The notes beneath the pieces are model-generated. The model did not search any database. It saw only the letters and a program-made list of their open reading frames with translations, and was not told the origin of the DNA. A stretch of 64,000 nt of DNA from Raillietiella orientalis (lineage: Eukaryota): NCBI GenBank assembly GCA_036172245.1, contig JAYWIR010000006.1, forward strand, positions 124,001 to 188,000. The letters are read 5' to 3'. Positions 1 through 12,205 of the stretch are shown one piece after another (the first letter of the stretch is position 1; the number at the start of each line of letters is the position of its first letter). The position numbers and the translations under genes were made by a program.

Positions 1-15
1 TTTACCAACTCGTGT

Positions 16-452
16 TCACAGGTCGTGGTCGAGGAAAACGTGGTCGATGCTGTCCTCCATTTCTGGGTCCCCCTCCATCAAGTTGCGCGCACGCACGTCG
101 GTGCACAGCTCGATCGTCGCGTTCTTCTGCGTGCAGCACGCACCTGAGAGCAGGCGGAGGTTAAAGTCCTCGGCTATCAGGTGGGCCTTGCGCACTCCTG
201 CATCAGTCAGCCAGTCGCGCTTTAGATACTGGAAGAACTGAGTTCTTTCCGCGTACACTTTGATGCCGCTCAGAGCGTACACGTTGGTAACGATGAGATC
301 TATCGTGTCGGACCAGCTGAGAATCATCTGTCCAACCCGACCGTTGTCATCGAAGCGCACGTTCCTCACGGAAGCATCGACGGCTGGCTTTAAAAAGAAC
401 GCGACACCGCAGTTGTTGCGGTTACCGCATCGCCAATACAACCGATCCCCGA
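16..452 (-). mobile_element. L1/Tx1-clade LINE ORF2 fragment, APE-type endonuclease domain
   Basis: Translation has APE motifs CGVAFF, TNVYA, (G>E)DFN and SIDHVFL; homologous to the EN fragment at 9850-10120. Confidence 0.85.
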
Positions 453-514
453 AAAACCAAGGACCAAAGCGACCCCCGAAAAAAGGCTAAAGCTGAAGTA
501 TCGGGTGTACCTAT

Positions 515-3208
515 ATGGAACTAGGAACTGGAAGTATGACGCTAAACTTGCTCGTAGAGGCCGCGGGACAAGGAGCGAACGTTAGGTCCGGCCATGGTCT
601 GAACTCCGGGATCCATGGTGCTACTAAACTAAAGGAACAAGAGGCAGCGCAAATGTCTGTCATTGTTTCAGGAGTGAAATGGACAGAAGAAGATGAGTCG
701 TTATACCATGAAGTCAAGAAACTCATGGAACAGACATACATGAATATCGACTCGAGGGCAGACGATTTAAACGAACATAGCGCCCTAATTACAGTAAAGT
801 TCTTGAAGAAATTGCCAGGAGGTGATAAGATCTGTCTTAAAAACCACGGACAGACTGCCTCAGAGTTGGAAGACTACATCAGGGACGTGTGTAAATATGC
901 TCTAGGAGATAAAAGGCTGATCCTAGACAAAAAGAAATTTATAAACACTCGTACGCAACAGAAACCGACAGAACCGTATTCAACACTCTTAAGTGAAATG
1001 CTTTGTCGGGAAAATTGTGATAGGTTTATGGACAGGATGGACGAAAGTTTGGAAGGGGGTTGTATCCTGTTCAAACAGACACTAGAAAGGAATCGCAATA
1101 GATACATGTCAAGTACAGAAACATGGACGTTCAGGCACGAGAATCTCTTTCAACGGAAAAACAGACGGGAAGGAGAAAGGAGGAAAATGGTACATATGCC
1201 AGAAACAAGTATGGTTGCAACACCTACGGAGAGGAAACCTTGTATGATATATGAGGCAACTGAGAAAAAGAAAATCAAGGATAGTAGGCCTATGGCCTAT
1301 AAAAGACTAGTGACAGTGGAAGGGCAGCTGCCTGTTATTGAAGAAACACTAAACCGTGCGACGGAAGACAGAATGACGAAGGAAGATATAACGTTCAACG
1401 GCAACGTAACGGCACAAGTAAGGGAGTTGATTAAGGAGGCAAGTCGGAATGTAGATAGTGAATCTGAAGTAACACAGCTGGATCGTTCTGTACTATATGG
1501 GACATTAAATTGCTTTTTACAAGAGAAAGATTGCCTTGAGTTCCTAAATAGGAAGAAAACTCCCTTAGAGTTGATATGCCAACAGACAATGAATTCAGTG
1601 GGGAGACGAGATGGACTAGTCATCAAAGGAAGAGGTGCCGAGGCTAGAGAGTACAACGATAAGAAGGATCTAGTCAGTAGAGCAGCAAAGATAGCACGTG
1701 CCATCAATTGGAAGGCAAAAAGGATAATCGGATTTTTTACTATAAGAGAGACCAATAGGGCGTGGAAGCGGGCAGTCGCACTACAGATCCTAAAGATATG
1801 GCAAGTTACAGAGTGTGCCAAGGCGGGGGGTAATTATCAAGATTTGTTCTTCCAGCCGACAGAGGGAGGTTCGGCAAAAAAGAAACAGCTAGTGTCCAAC
1901 ATGATCGAACTGGTCAAACTGTGGGCCAGTGTCAAAAAATGCAACGACATAGAAACCAACAGAGTCGAGGAAATGCTAGAAGCATCACACACAGGAAGGT
2001 TTGTGGAGAAGTTAGTAGTAAAAGAAGAGGCAGAGAATAGCAAACAGGCCTGTCAGAGTTTTATTAAGCTTATGCTATCAACCCATGAGGTTGCCTTCTG
2101 GCAGAAGAAAGTTTGTGTTTACTGTCTATTCCGGGAGCTAAATCCAGAAGCCCAGCTCAATGAGTGTGAAATAGAACAAATCGGGATTAACATAGATGGA
2201 TATGCCGCAAATATAGCTAGGAAGCATAACAAGGAACAACATGCTCTAAACGGAAACATTGATCGCGAGGGTGTTGTTAAAGATCTTAAAGAGAAGTACT
2301 GGGACAGCCCGGTAAACGGGTGGCATCGAATGTCAAGAGAACAGGCCAGATATCAACGTGCCTGTAGAGAAGCTGAAACGATCGCTGTGGTCATGGGAGA
2401 TCATATGAGAAGAGAGTACATTGTCAACAGCAGTACGGTCCACCAACAAATGTATCCTGTTGAGAAAATACGTACAGCCGAGGTCTTTGCAGTGGATGAA
2501 GAGGAATGTAAAGTATTCATTACTGCAGATTATTTGATGGATCATAACAAAAAATTGGTTGCTGAGGGTAAACCAATGGTGAGCAAGGAGGAGCTGGAAC
2601 GGCATTTGAGCATGGAAAAATACAAGATAGAAAGTAGAGATCGTGATAGTTTAATAAAAACCAACGCCTCGACTATAAAAGCACTGATTAAAGAGCGCAA
2701 TGGGCATAGGTTTAGTAAGTTGCGCAAGAAGCTGGAAGAACGTGCGCATTGGATAGGGGTAGGGCAGGTTACAACATTGGAACATGGGACTCTGTGTTTG
2801 AACAATCAAGGGAAGATGGTTAGAGTGGCGATATCAGGAGCAGATACAAGTGATATCATTATAAACGATGCTCGATCTCACAATATTTGGACTAAGTTGA
2901 GTGGCACACCGATGAAAGCAGGTGCAATCCTATCTGGAATGGCTGGAGAAAAACATGATTGGAGGACATTAGGATTGAAGGCCGCACTCTACGATATGCA
3001 AAAAGATGAAAGTTGGACAGAACCTGCGGGTTCAGACTATATCTTGAGCACTGGGGTAGACCGGCATTCAATAGTAATCAATCGTGTGGGGAGCTCCCCG
3101 TATAGTGCAATAGCATTAGACCTAGGGGCGATGTCAACTTACTTAGCCCGTAAGGGATGTATTCCGGTAAACGTAGGCACAGTGGAAAATCCGGAAATTA
3201 ACAACTAG
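515..3208 (+). CDS. Intact intronless 897-aa ORF, N-terminal part of a putative endogenous viral element (EVE1), family unassigned
   Basis: Long intronless A/G-rich ORF in a genome whose genes have many small introns; no TE or host domain recognised; flanked by LINE fragments; colinear homologue at 10765-12205. Confidence 0.6.
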   Translation: MELGTGSMTLNLLVEAAGQGANVRSGHGLNSGIHGATKLKEQEAAQMSVIVSGVKWTEEDESLYHEVKKLMEQTYMNIDSRADDLNEHSALITVKFLKKLPGGDKICLKNHGQTASELEDYIRDVCKYALGDKRLILDKKKFINTRTQQKPTEPYSTLLSEMLCRENCDRFMDRMDESLEGGCILFKQTLERNRNRYMSSTETWTFRHENLFQRKNRREGERRKMVHMPETSMVATPTERKPCMIYEATEKKKIKDSRPMAYKRLVTVEGQLPVIEETLNRATEDRMTKEDITFNGNVTAQVRELIKEASRNVDSESEVTQLDRSVLYGTLNCFLQEKDCLEFLNRKKTPLELICQQTMNSVGRRDGLVIKGRGAEAREYNDKKDLVSRAAKIARAINWKAKRIIGFFTIRETNRAWKRAVALQILKIWQVTECAKAGGNYQDLFFQPTEGGSAKKKQLVSNMIELVKLWASVKKCNDIETNRVEEMLEASHTGRFVEKLVVKEEAENSKQACQSFIKLMLSTHEVAFWQKKVCVYCLFRELNPEAQLNECEIEQIGINIDGYAANIARKHNKEQHALNGNIDREGVVKDLKEKYWDSPVNGWHRMSREQARYQRACREAETIAVVMGDHMRREYIVNSSTVHQQMYPVEKIRTAEVFAVDEEECKVFITADYLMDHNKKLVAEGKPMVSKEELERHLSMEKYKIESRDRDSLIKTNASTIKALIKERNGHRFSKLRKKLEERAHWIGVGQVTTLEHGTLCLNNQGKMVRVAISGADTSDIIINDARSHNIWTKLSGTPMKAGAILSGMAGEKHDWRTLGLKAALYDMQKDESWTEPAGSDYILSTGVDRHSIVINRVGSSPYSAIALDLGAMSTYLARKGCIPVNVGTVENPEINN

Positions 3209-4860
3209 TATTTAGAGGATACTAGCACTGCAATTATAGTGCTGGATGATAGGTCAGTGCTTACGCCAGTAACACTTGCCCTATGGATACTAGTCCACCT
3301 ACATTATCCTCTAATTGACACATATGACATTTACATCGTAGCTGTAGGAGGAATGAAAGACGGTGATGGATTTGAGGGAGAGGTGAAGAAGGAAGAAATC
3401 TTATACAGACGTACCTCTTCTCTAGTGGATATAGAGTCATGAGCAATAAACTTGGTGTTAGTGACCACAGATAAGGTCGGACACCTGAGAACGATCGCTG
3501 GGACAGATATTCCAATCACTGTGGGTGAACGATATCATAATGAGCTAGAGCCTACTATGGCATTTGACCCGCAACAGATGTTACGAAGGGCGTTAGATCC
3601 CGTTTATAGGTATAAGGGTAAATTGACAAACTTATTAGACATTTATCTGCGGCCGAGGATGGCCTCAAGGATGAACTGGGGAGAAATTGAACACTTGGCG
3701 GGAGTACTGACAGTTCGGTACATACCCCGTGAGGAGTTGGGAATCGATAAGGAAGGAAATTACGAGTATAGAACTATTGTGGATCAAGATGGCAAGAACA
3801 TCAAGGAAGTAGAGAATGAGACGAACTGCAGGCTCCACATACTGAAATATGCAGCATATGGACATGATGATAGTGTCAATGCTATTGACCAGGCCTTTGT
3901 CAGCAGGTCAACAGCAAAAAGGGCACCAGCTGTCATACTGGGCTGCTGGAACAATGTGACAGAACTAGCAGTCATGTGTGGACTAGCAGACTATATGACT
4001 TTTAATTCAGAGACGCATCAGACTGTCTGTAACTACCTGGATGTATCATCAGCTGATAAGGTATTCAGGACTCGTTACTTGAGACAGATAATAGAAGGGA
4101 AAGAGTCAACAGCAACGAACGATGAGCTGTCAACAGTTAGGAACAATGTAAATGCAGAGCACGGATGGGACTTGCTAGTGCATGCAGTAGAATGGGGGAC
4201 TACGACCCTGGAACAACTATTACAATATGTAGTTGGGGGGGAAGTGTGAGATGGCAATGGACAATGTGGAGACACCATGAACAGGTGGTCAGTTTGACCG
4301 GGATTAGTAGTCTAAGCCATCGAAGGGACAATATAACGTCGGGCACTATTACTCCCGCCTGTGAAGTGAAACTAGGATTGGGGGTGGAAGACTGGGATTA
4401 CCTCCGAGTCCATAAGAAGTCAGCGACGATAGAGGGTACGCACGATTGCTGCAAAGAATCGACAGTTATCGTGCCAGACATAAGATAACACGGATGAATA
4501 TCATCAGTCGGGCGGAGGATAAGAGGTGCGCTACTACGCTAGAATTAACGTGTCGGCGGAAGCTCACCTATGCAACAGGTTACTGTCAAAAGTATTGTGA
4601 CTCTGATAAGAAACCCATCACCTGGGGGGTAGGAGTGAGTCGAATATCTAGGAACTGGGAGGATCTGGTAATGGCTCAGACAGTTATAAACGTAAACCTA
4701 AGTGAACTACTCCAGAGACGAAACCTAAGTTGGGAACTGGTATACACAACAGGTGAAAGGTTAGCAGTCGCTAGCAACTATCAAGATGGAGTGTGGAAAC
4801 CTCTGGGTTTTCAATTAAGGCAGGTGAGGACCAGGGTGGATATGAAAGACAAGACGGAAG
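3209..4860 (+). pseudogene. Disrupted continuation of the EVE1 reading frame (original ORF about 1400+ codons)
   Basis: ORFs 3239-3442 and 3452-4249 are in the same frame as 515-3208, separated by single stops; then frameshifts (G run near 4234-4241 and near 4480) into ORFs 4165-4488 and 4446-; same composition until the LINE 3'UTR at about 4860. Confidence 0.65.
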
Positions 4861-5403
4861 GGGGAAGAAGGGTGGGGAAAAGCAGAAAAAAAAACAAAAA
4901 AAGAAAAACGCCTGGAGGAACAATGTTTTTTGGGAGGGGAAGGAAGGGAAGGGATCACGGTACGCCGTGGGAAGGCCTCTGCATCCGGTTTTGAATACAA
5001 GTGCTGGCAGAATTTTACTTAGTCGGTGCCAACGGGAAGCCTACTCTATGGAGATGACTGCCCAGTGGATGGCATTCCGACTCCTGCGGCCTCTTCTTGA
5101 CGCGGTCTACTTGTCCAAAATTCCGCGTAAGCAGTAGAGAACTGCAACACACGCAGTGCCTGGAAGGGAGTCTCGCATCAGGAGGAGACGAAAAAGGTTT
5201 TTAGGGTCGCCCGCCGGAACGTTTGGGATCGACGAGAGTCGACCCCACATCTGGCGGAGGGCAACGCACTCGATTATTAAGTGGGGGAAGGTCTCCCTTT
5301 CCCCACACTCTGCACAGTGGACATCCATACTCCCTGAAGTCCAGTGGAAGAGGTGTGCTCTGCAAAGGAGTCCCCAGTGGAGCACTAGCAGAGCCGTCTC
5401 TGG
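4861..5403 (-). mobile_element. LINE 3' end (copy A): zf-RVT C-terminus plus truncated 3'UTR fused to EVE1
   Basis: LVLHWGL...CAECGERETFPHLIIEC zinc motif, then GTGATCCCTTCCC and a pyrimidine tract as in the other 3'UTR copies. Confidence 0.85.
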
Positions 5404-8006
5404 GAAGCTCAAATGGCGGAAGTCACCGAGGGAGGACGGCCTGCCCACGGAGTTTTTTCAATGCTTCGCGGCGGAGCTTGCCCCCCTGGTGCAGCGGCTA
5501 ACGCTGCTGATCCGGGAGGCAGGCAACGTTCCCGCCTCCTTCCGATCGGCACGGATGCGTCTTCTCCCGAAGGGAGGAGACTCACGGAACCTCAGCAATT
5601 GGCGTCCGATCACCGTTTCAAACGCGGACGCCAAGCTGCTTGCGAAGCTATGGTCGGAACGAATAGGGCGGATGGCGCAAAGCTTCATCAGCCCGGAACA
5701 GACATACGCTGTTCCCGGGGGAAGCATGGACGCCAACCTGCTCTTCGCGAACACCTGGTTCGGGTTCCAGCGGTGTAGATTAAATGAAAAGAATAAGATC
5801 GGCACCCCGAGTTGCGGGACGTCCGCTGGTGGTTTGCGAGATGGTCGGGAGCTCGATGGGGCCCTCGCGGTCGCAGTCGATCTGCGAAAAGCATTTGACT
5901 GCGTTGACCAAGAGCTCCTGCTGGAGCTAATGGAGCGCCTGGGCTTCCCGGCCTCCTTATTAGCCTTTCTGCGCTCTTGCTTGCGCGACTCGCTGACCAA
6001 TATTTCTTTCAGAGGAAGAAACGTGTTCGGTGTGCCGGTGCGCCGCGGGATACGGCAAGGTGACAGCTTGAGCCCCTTGCTTTTCAGCACCTACTTCGAG
6101 CTGGTGCTGAGGGCATACAGGGAGACTCTTGGTCACCTGCCGCGCGTGTGCCCAGGTACACCGGCCGTGGCGTCTTATGCGGACGATCTTTTGCTGCTGC
6201 TCCCCATGTCCACCCCGGCGTCGGCGGTCGAAAACTTTTTCGAGCTGCTGCGTCGCGGGACAGGGCTGGAGGTGAACAGAGCGAAGTCGTCCGTGGTTGC
6301 AGCTGGTTCATCACGGGCAGGGCAGCCGGACTGGTTTAGCTTGAGGATCCCCACAGTACCGTACTTTAAGTACCTTGGTGTGCCGTTGGGAAACTATTCC
6401 CCTGCGAAAGCGTGGTCTAGCTGCCTCCAAAAGGCCGAGAGAGCGATCGGCCCGTTCCTGGATGGCAAGTTTTTTTGCCGGAACGGGCCGTGGTGTGGAA
6501 CACGTTCGTGGCCCCCCTTTTTCGCCCCTTGCTTTTTGTTTGCCCTCCACCCTGCGGTGTCAGAAAATGGACGAAGGACCTCCTCAGAATTGCCCTTTGG
6601 GGCAGAGGTAGGCCCCGAGTCCGTTTGAAGGACTTATGTGCCCCTGGTCGCGATGGAGGCCTCGGCCTCCTCACGCTGGAGCGGCTGGAACTGCAACTGC
6701 AGTTCAGGACTATAGCTCTAGTAGCGAAGCTATGGAGCACCAGCTGGTGCGAGCCTGCACGACGCCTGGTTCAGCGAGCTAGCGGCTGCGCGGGACTGTC
6801 TACCTTCCTAGCGCGCCGCAAACGCCGGTACCTGTTCCACTGCGGACTGGCACTTCGGCGAGTGGCGAAGCTGACCAGAACGAACACCTGGATCTCCTGT
6901 CGGCCCGCGAACAGTACTTCCTGGTTGCAGGAAAGCCTTCACACGTGGGCCCAGATCGAGGAAACGAGCCCGGAGTTGCGGCAGCGAATGCTGCTCTCCT
7001 ATCACAAGAGCCGCTCGCTGCAGGACATCATTGTGCAGCCCACCTTGAGCGCATGGGCTGAGAGGACCTCCCTTGCCACGGCTCCGTTCCACCTTAGGGA
7101 GCACCTGGGCAGTAGCCATCCGGCGAAATGGGAAGTCCGGTGTAGTATCTCTAGAAGAGAGAGAGAGCAAGGTGGTTGGACCACGGGCCAGTTGAGAGAC
7201 GCTGCGACCCCAAGTGCCCCACCAAAGGGACTATTGCACTGGGGCGATCTGCTGAGCATCCCCATGGATGTACTCGAGTGGCCCCCGGTGCTGAAGACTA
7301 CCCGGGCCCTCCCCCCGAAGTGGCAGGAGTCGGCGTTCCTGGTGTTGCACTGGGGACTCCCCAGCAACGCCCGCCGTTCGCACTGGATGAGGGGGGCTGT
7401 GGACCCAAATTGTGTCAGGTGCGGGGAACGGGAAACCCTCCCGCACCTGCTTCTTGACTGTGTTGCCCTCCGGCCTCTGTGGTTGCGTTTCGCAACGGCC
7501 CTAGGAGCACCCACGATCAACCCTAGAGACGTTCTGACGCGCCTCTTTGTGCGTGACGCCCTTCGGCCTGCCGCAGCCCTTGCAGCCCTCTGCTGCCTAC
7601 GAGGTATTGTGGCGGCCTGGAGCACCGCCACTGGTGGACTGAACGACAGGGACATCATCTGCTCCGCCCTGCGTTTCCTAAGGACGGCAGCCAGATGGTC
7701 CCATTTGGGGCATATGCGGACCGAACTTGCCGGCATCCTGGAAAGGATATAGAGGACGACTCCAGCGGAATGTGATCCCTTCCCCAACTCCTCCCTGCTG
7801 CTTTTGTAAATAGTGTTTTCTTTTTGTTTTTATTTGTCCTTTTCCCCCCCGCTGCCGAGTCGAACTCGCCAGCCTGCGTGCTAGCTACTCGGCAATTTCA
7901 GACTCTTTATTAGAACATTTTTTAGGACGCTGTAGGGGCAATAGCCCTACACTTGCTTGTTTGTTTTTACTAAAAAATAAACGCCCCGGCGCACCCGGGT
8001 GTAAAA
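5404..8006 (+). mobile_element. 5'-truncated L1/Tx1-clade LINE (copy B): reverse transcriptase, zf-RVT and complete 3'UTR, one frameshift near 6470
   Basis: RT motifs SPREDG, LLPKGGD..NWRPI, DLRKAFD, GIRQGDSLSPLLF, YADD, KYLG; CVRCGERETLPHLLLDC; stop at 7752; flanked by the 16-bp direct repeat GCAGAGCCGTCTCTGG (5388-5403 and 8007-8022). Confidence 0.95.
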
Positions 8007-8022
8007 GCAGAGCCGTCTCTGG

Positions 8023-8431
8023 AAGTGGAATGCATCGAGGAGAGGACATAAAAGCCGGAATACCATTCATTGGGCAGTCCTCTCTATTGAGAAGGCATGC
8101 CGATGGCGCCTGTTATGGACAATGCCGGCACTTGCCCGCATCCGAAACCGGATGCAGAGGACTCCTCCCGGAGACCAATGATTCCATCCCTTCCCTCCCC
8201 ACCCAATAAAACTTTTTCCCCCCGGCGTTTTTCTTTTTTTTTTTTTGGTTTTCCCGCTCCCTTCGCCCGTGGAGTACCTCACCGACCTGTGGGTTGGTAA
8301 GGACAAGTGCAAAACTCTGTCAGAACCATGTGTTCTGACTGAAAAACACACAAAAACAAACAAACCAGACCTTATTGTAAAGTTTATGCTGAACTTTAAT
8401 AATAAAAGCCCCGGCTACTCCGGGTGAAAAA
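8023..8431 (+). mobile_element. LINE 3' terminus (copy C)
   Basis: Homologous to the reverse complement of about 4861-5115; ends AATAAAAGCCCCGGCTACTCCGGGTGAAAAA. Confidence 0.8.
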
Positions 8432-9360
8432 TTAAAGGAAGAACCCTCCTCGCTGCTGCGCTGGCCCTCCTAAGGGGAGATTCGGACTGCGATGTTGCGG
8501 CGAGGTGGTAGGTGGACATAAAAATCTACGAAAGGGAGAAGATAGGAGTGTGGAAGACGGGCCAGCTGACTGAAGCTGCGATCCCGAGTACACATCCCCG
8601 TGGACTTCTGCGCTGGGGCGCGCTGCTCGATGTTCCGGTGGAACATCTGAAGTGGCCCCCGGTGCTAATGAACACCTCCACCCTCCCCTTGAAATGGCAG
8701 GAGTCCGCGCTACTGATGCTGCACTGGGGACTCCCGTGCAACTCCCGCCGCCACCATCGGACCTGGTGAACCCAAATTTTGTTAGGTGTGAGGAACGGAA
8801 GTCCCTCCCCCACCTCCTTGGGGATTGTGTTGCCCTTCGGCCCCTTTGGTTCCGCTTTGCCGCGGCCAGCAGAATCCCCTGCGGCAACCCCAGGGACGCT
8901 TTGAAAGTCCTCCTCGTTGCAGACGCCCTCCGGCCTGTGGCCTCCTTGGCAGCCCTGTGCTGCGTACGCGGGATCCTCACCGCTTGGCGCAAGGCAACGG
9001 AATGACTCCGCGATAAGGGTGCTATTCAGTGCGCCTCCTGATTCCAGGAGAGGGCGACGCGATGACCCCACCTGGATCCAGAAATACAGGAAGAGCAATG
9101 CAGAGAGAGCTTGCCGGCATCCTCCTAAGGATGCAACGGCGCCAGCAGCAACAGTGATCCCTTCTCGCACTCTTCCAAGTTTTTTTTTTTTTTTGTTTGT
9201 TCCCTCTCCTCCTTGCTGCCGCGGTGGACCGTACCGGTCTGCGAACCAGTGACCCAGCAGGTTCAGTTCATCTAGAGCGTGGCTAGACCACTGGTTCAGG
9301 CACAGATTCTCCAAATGTTTTATTCGAAAGAATAAACGCCCCGGTGCACCCGGGTTAGAA
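8432..9360 (+). mobile_element. LINE 3' fragment (copy D): zf-RVT region plus 3'UTR
   Basis: WKTGQL..LLRWG..WQESALLMLHWGLP and RCEERKSLPHLLGDC closely match copy B; ends AATAAACGCCCCGGTGCACCCGGG. Confidence 0.88.
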
Positions 9361-9848
9361 TCGACAGAACAGGTGTTCGTGGAGGAACGCTGGTCCGGCA
9401 ATTCCTGCATCCAAGGAGGCTGGTGCACGAGGTGTGAGCGTGCGTGCACACCTCGTTCACCAGCCTCTCCCAGGATGGCAGTGAACATTGAAGTCCCCGC
9501 CAACGAGGTGAGTCATGTTAAGGGCGGAGTCGGTGAGCCAGCGGCTTTGCAGGCTATCGAGAAACTAGAGTGCTCCCGCGTGACACCCTCCGCCACTCGG
9601 CGCGTACACGTTCGTAACGACAAGGTCGATGGATTCGGACTTGAAAACAAATTGGCCCAGTCGATCTTCCCCGTGAAAACGGATTGTTTGTTCGGATATT
9701 CTTGTTTGTTCTCTCTCCATCCCCCTCCGCTGCCGAAGAGAGTCTCGTCAGTCTGCGTACGGGCCAGCAGGTCCACTGTTTGATTGGCCGTACTGGAGCC
9801 TCCTATCAGGTGGAATTTTTAAATGAATGCACCGAATTGACCGGGTGC
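9361..9848 (+). mobile_element. Divergent LINE 3' fragment (copy E)
   Basis: Pyrimidine tract, GCTGCCG...GTCTGCGTAC...CCAGCAG motif and CCGGGTG terminus shared with the other 3'UTRs. Confidence 0.6.
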
Positions 9849-10764
9849 TAACGTCGAAACGGAGGTTCCGCACCGCCCCATGCGGAGTTGCATTCCTATC
9901 CTGGACAAGGAACGCAACTCCGCAAGTGTTTGCAGAGTCTTGCCGCCAGTGAGGCGTCCCGCCTGCGCGCTCTTCCAGATCGGTCACCTACTGTTCGGTG
10001 ATGTTGTGTATCTCCTGCAGCAGCACCAGATCGAATTCGCGCAAGACGTTGGCTACCAACCTCCTCTTCTCAGCGTCGCGCACCCCGTTGACGTTCCAAC
10101 AGGCTACGCGAACGCGACGAGAGGATGCGAGTTCGCGCATTGCTGCTGCGGATATGGCCGCGCTTTCCTCGACCCGTTCGGCGAGGGGTCAGCCGGGAGC
10201 ACGAGACAGTGGGGAGCCGAATCGCTCCCGTCTTCTGACATGCAGCACGCGGCTAGCTCTTGGGTGTCGAGGAGCATTGTCTTGATCTCCGAAAAGCATC
10301 GGCCTCGTGACTGGAAGGCTTTGGCTTGCGCGCAGACCCAGGTTGCCCCAGGACTTGGAGCACTTTCGAGCTGCCATAGGACTCCATCTCGGAGTCTGAA
10401 TGCTGTGCGTGAGACAGGTGTTTCGCCTGTCGGTTTTTTTGCTAGTCCAGCTTTCAGCTGCCACCACAAAAACCGTAGCAGTCCTTGGAGGTTCCTTGGT
10501 TGGACACGAGAGCCTCTAGTGTCTTCTGGATTTTTGCTAGTGGCTCCCGTTTCTTGATCGCGGCCAGGATCAGCCTCGCCACATATGCCTGTTGCGCCTA
10601 CTTACCGGGAGGTGCGGACAAAGTGGCGGGATTCACAGGAGTCCCTCGAGGTTTCGCAGCCTTCCCTGTGGCTTGACTCGCCGTGGACGGCTTACCTATC
10701 GCGGACTGAGGGGTGCGCGACCCCTCGAAAGCGGCACCGGGCGATTTGCTGCGATTTGAGAGTT
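9849..10764 (-). mobile_element. LINE ORF1 C-terminal region and start of ORF2 endonuclease
   Basis: Minus-strand translation RVACWNVNGVRD..FDLVLLQEIH..CGVAFLV (APE N-terminal motifs). Confidence 0.85.
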
Positions 10765-12205
10765 GCATGAGATGGATGTTCTTCCTCAATCGAAGGCTTC
10801 CTTGAACCCGTATTGGATCAAGAAGCTTAAGGGAATCTGCGCCCCCTGGGTAGGCGAAATAGCAGAGGCTGAGCTAGCACATCTGAGCTCAGCGCCTAAA
10901 GTTTCGGGTTTCGAAGTTGCCTCCCGAGAATTCCGAAAAGTAATTCTAGACAAATGAGGTCACCAACTTTGGTGTGCTCGAGTTCTAAACGCTTTAGTTC
11001 CGGTCTTGAAGCACGCTAGGCTCGAGTTGGCGGTTGGTGAACCGAACCCCTTAAATGATCCGGAGGTTAGTGAAGGTAAGAGAGGGCGGGCTGATGAGGG
11101 CCTTATAACCCTTCTGAAGCCCCCCTCTGCAGGGTGCACCACTGATATTGCCAAGGATGTAGACCCCGTCTGAGTCACCCAGGGCAGTGAAGGTGACTTT
11201 CAATCTGCCGGAGGAGCCGGCAAGGTATTTTGGGAAGTAGATGAGGCGGAGAGGACCCGTTAGGAGCTTCCATTAACATAAGGAAGGGTAACATAGACAG
11301 CACCTCCAATTTGTACACGGCTTTCGAGGACCACCTCACCACCCGCTGTGCGGTGCTTAGCTTGGATAAGGTCTCCCAGGTTGGACATCTGACAAAAGGG
11401 ATCCCCGACTCATTGTGAGTCGGGTTCAACTCCCGGGTAAGGGAAGGTGCCACCTACTCGAGGAAGACATGCAGCACTGCGGAGGCCGTGATCATCGAGG
11501 CCTCGAGCAGGTAGACAGCTGTGCGGGCACTCAGCCGACTGCCGGGCAGACTACGCGCCCAGACAAACCCAAGGAGTCCCTGTGGCAGAGGGCAACGAAG
11601 TTCGCCCGGGCGATAGGGGGTGACTTCAAACGGGTCTACTCCTTTATAAATAAGGGTCAGTCGGAGGGACGTTTCGTGATAGCCGTGCGCCGTGCACTAC
11701 TGGCCCATGGACAACGTCGCCGTCTGAGGAGAGCAGATGGCTGTCAGACGTAACGGACTCCCGCTCGTAGCACCGGAAAGGTTATCGTCTCTCGGTTGCT
11801 ATCGACCATTATCGCGTGGGCGAAACGATCATCGCCAAAGGATCTGGGAACCCAGGGGAGTACTGGGGGGGAGGGCGAGGGCGGCCCTGTTCCTGACGAT
11901 ATACCTGGCTCCCGGTTTCTTTGTTTATCTCCTCACCATTGTGGCTCCGTTACTGTGAACTCACCCAGTTATGCCACTGGTGTGTGTGTCAGCGGACTCT
12001 GGGCCAGCTAAATCCGACTCCCCTTTCTATTCCCCCAGTAGGAGTTCCCTCTTACCAAAACTACACAGACGTGAGCAGCGCCATCCTCTATAGGGAGTGT
12101 GTAGTTGGAGTATAGAGGACGGAGATCGGTATTTGCATTGAACCACCGGCATTCCGATTCTGAGCAGAGACAGACGCGCATGGTTCTGCAGCCTTCACCT
12201 GGATG
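10765..12205 (+). pseudogene. Degraded putative endogenous viral element (EVE2), homologous to the N-terminal half of EVE1
   Basis: Colinear peptide matches to the 897-aa ORF (IKKLKGIC/LKKLPGGDKIC; RKVILDK/KRLILDK; SLWQRATKFARAI..KRVYSF/DLVSRAAKIARAI..KRIIGF; IVSRLLSTIIAWA/LVSNMIELVKLWA); several stops and frameshifts. Confidence 0.65.

Noticed and set aside
3845..3885. YGHDDS as an RdRp motif C in EVE1
   Set aside because: Not GDD/SDD/GDN, and no motif A or B at suitable spacing
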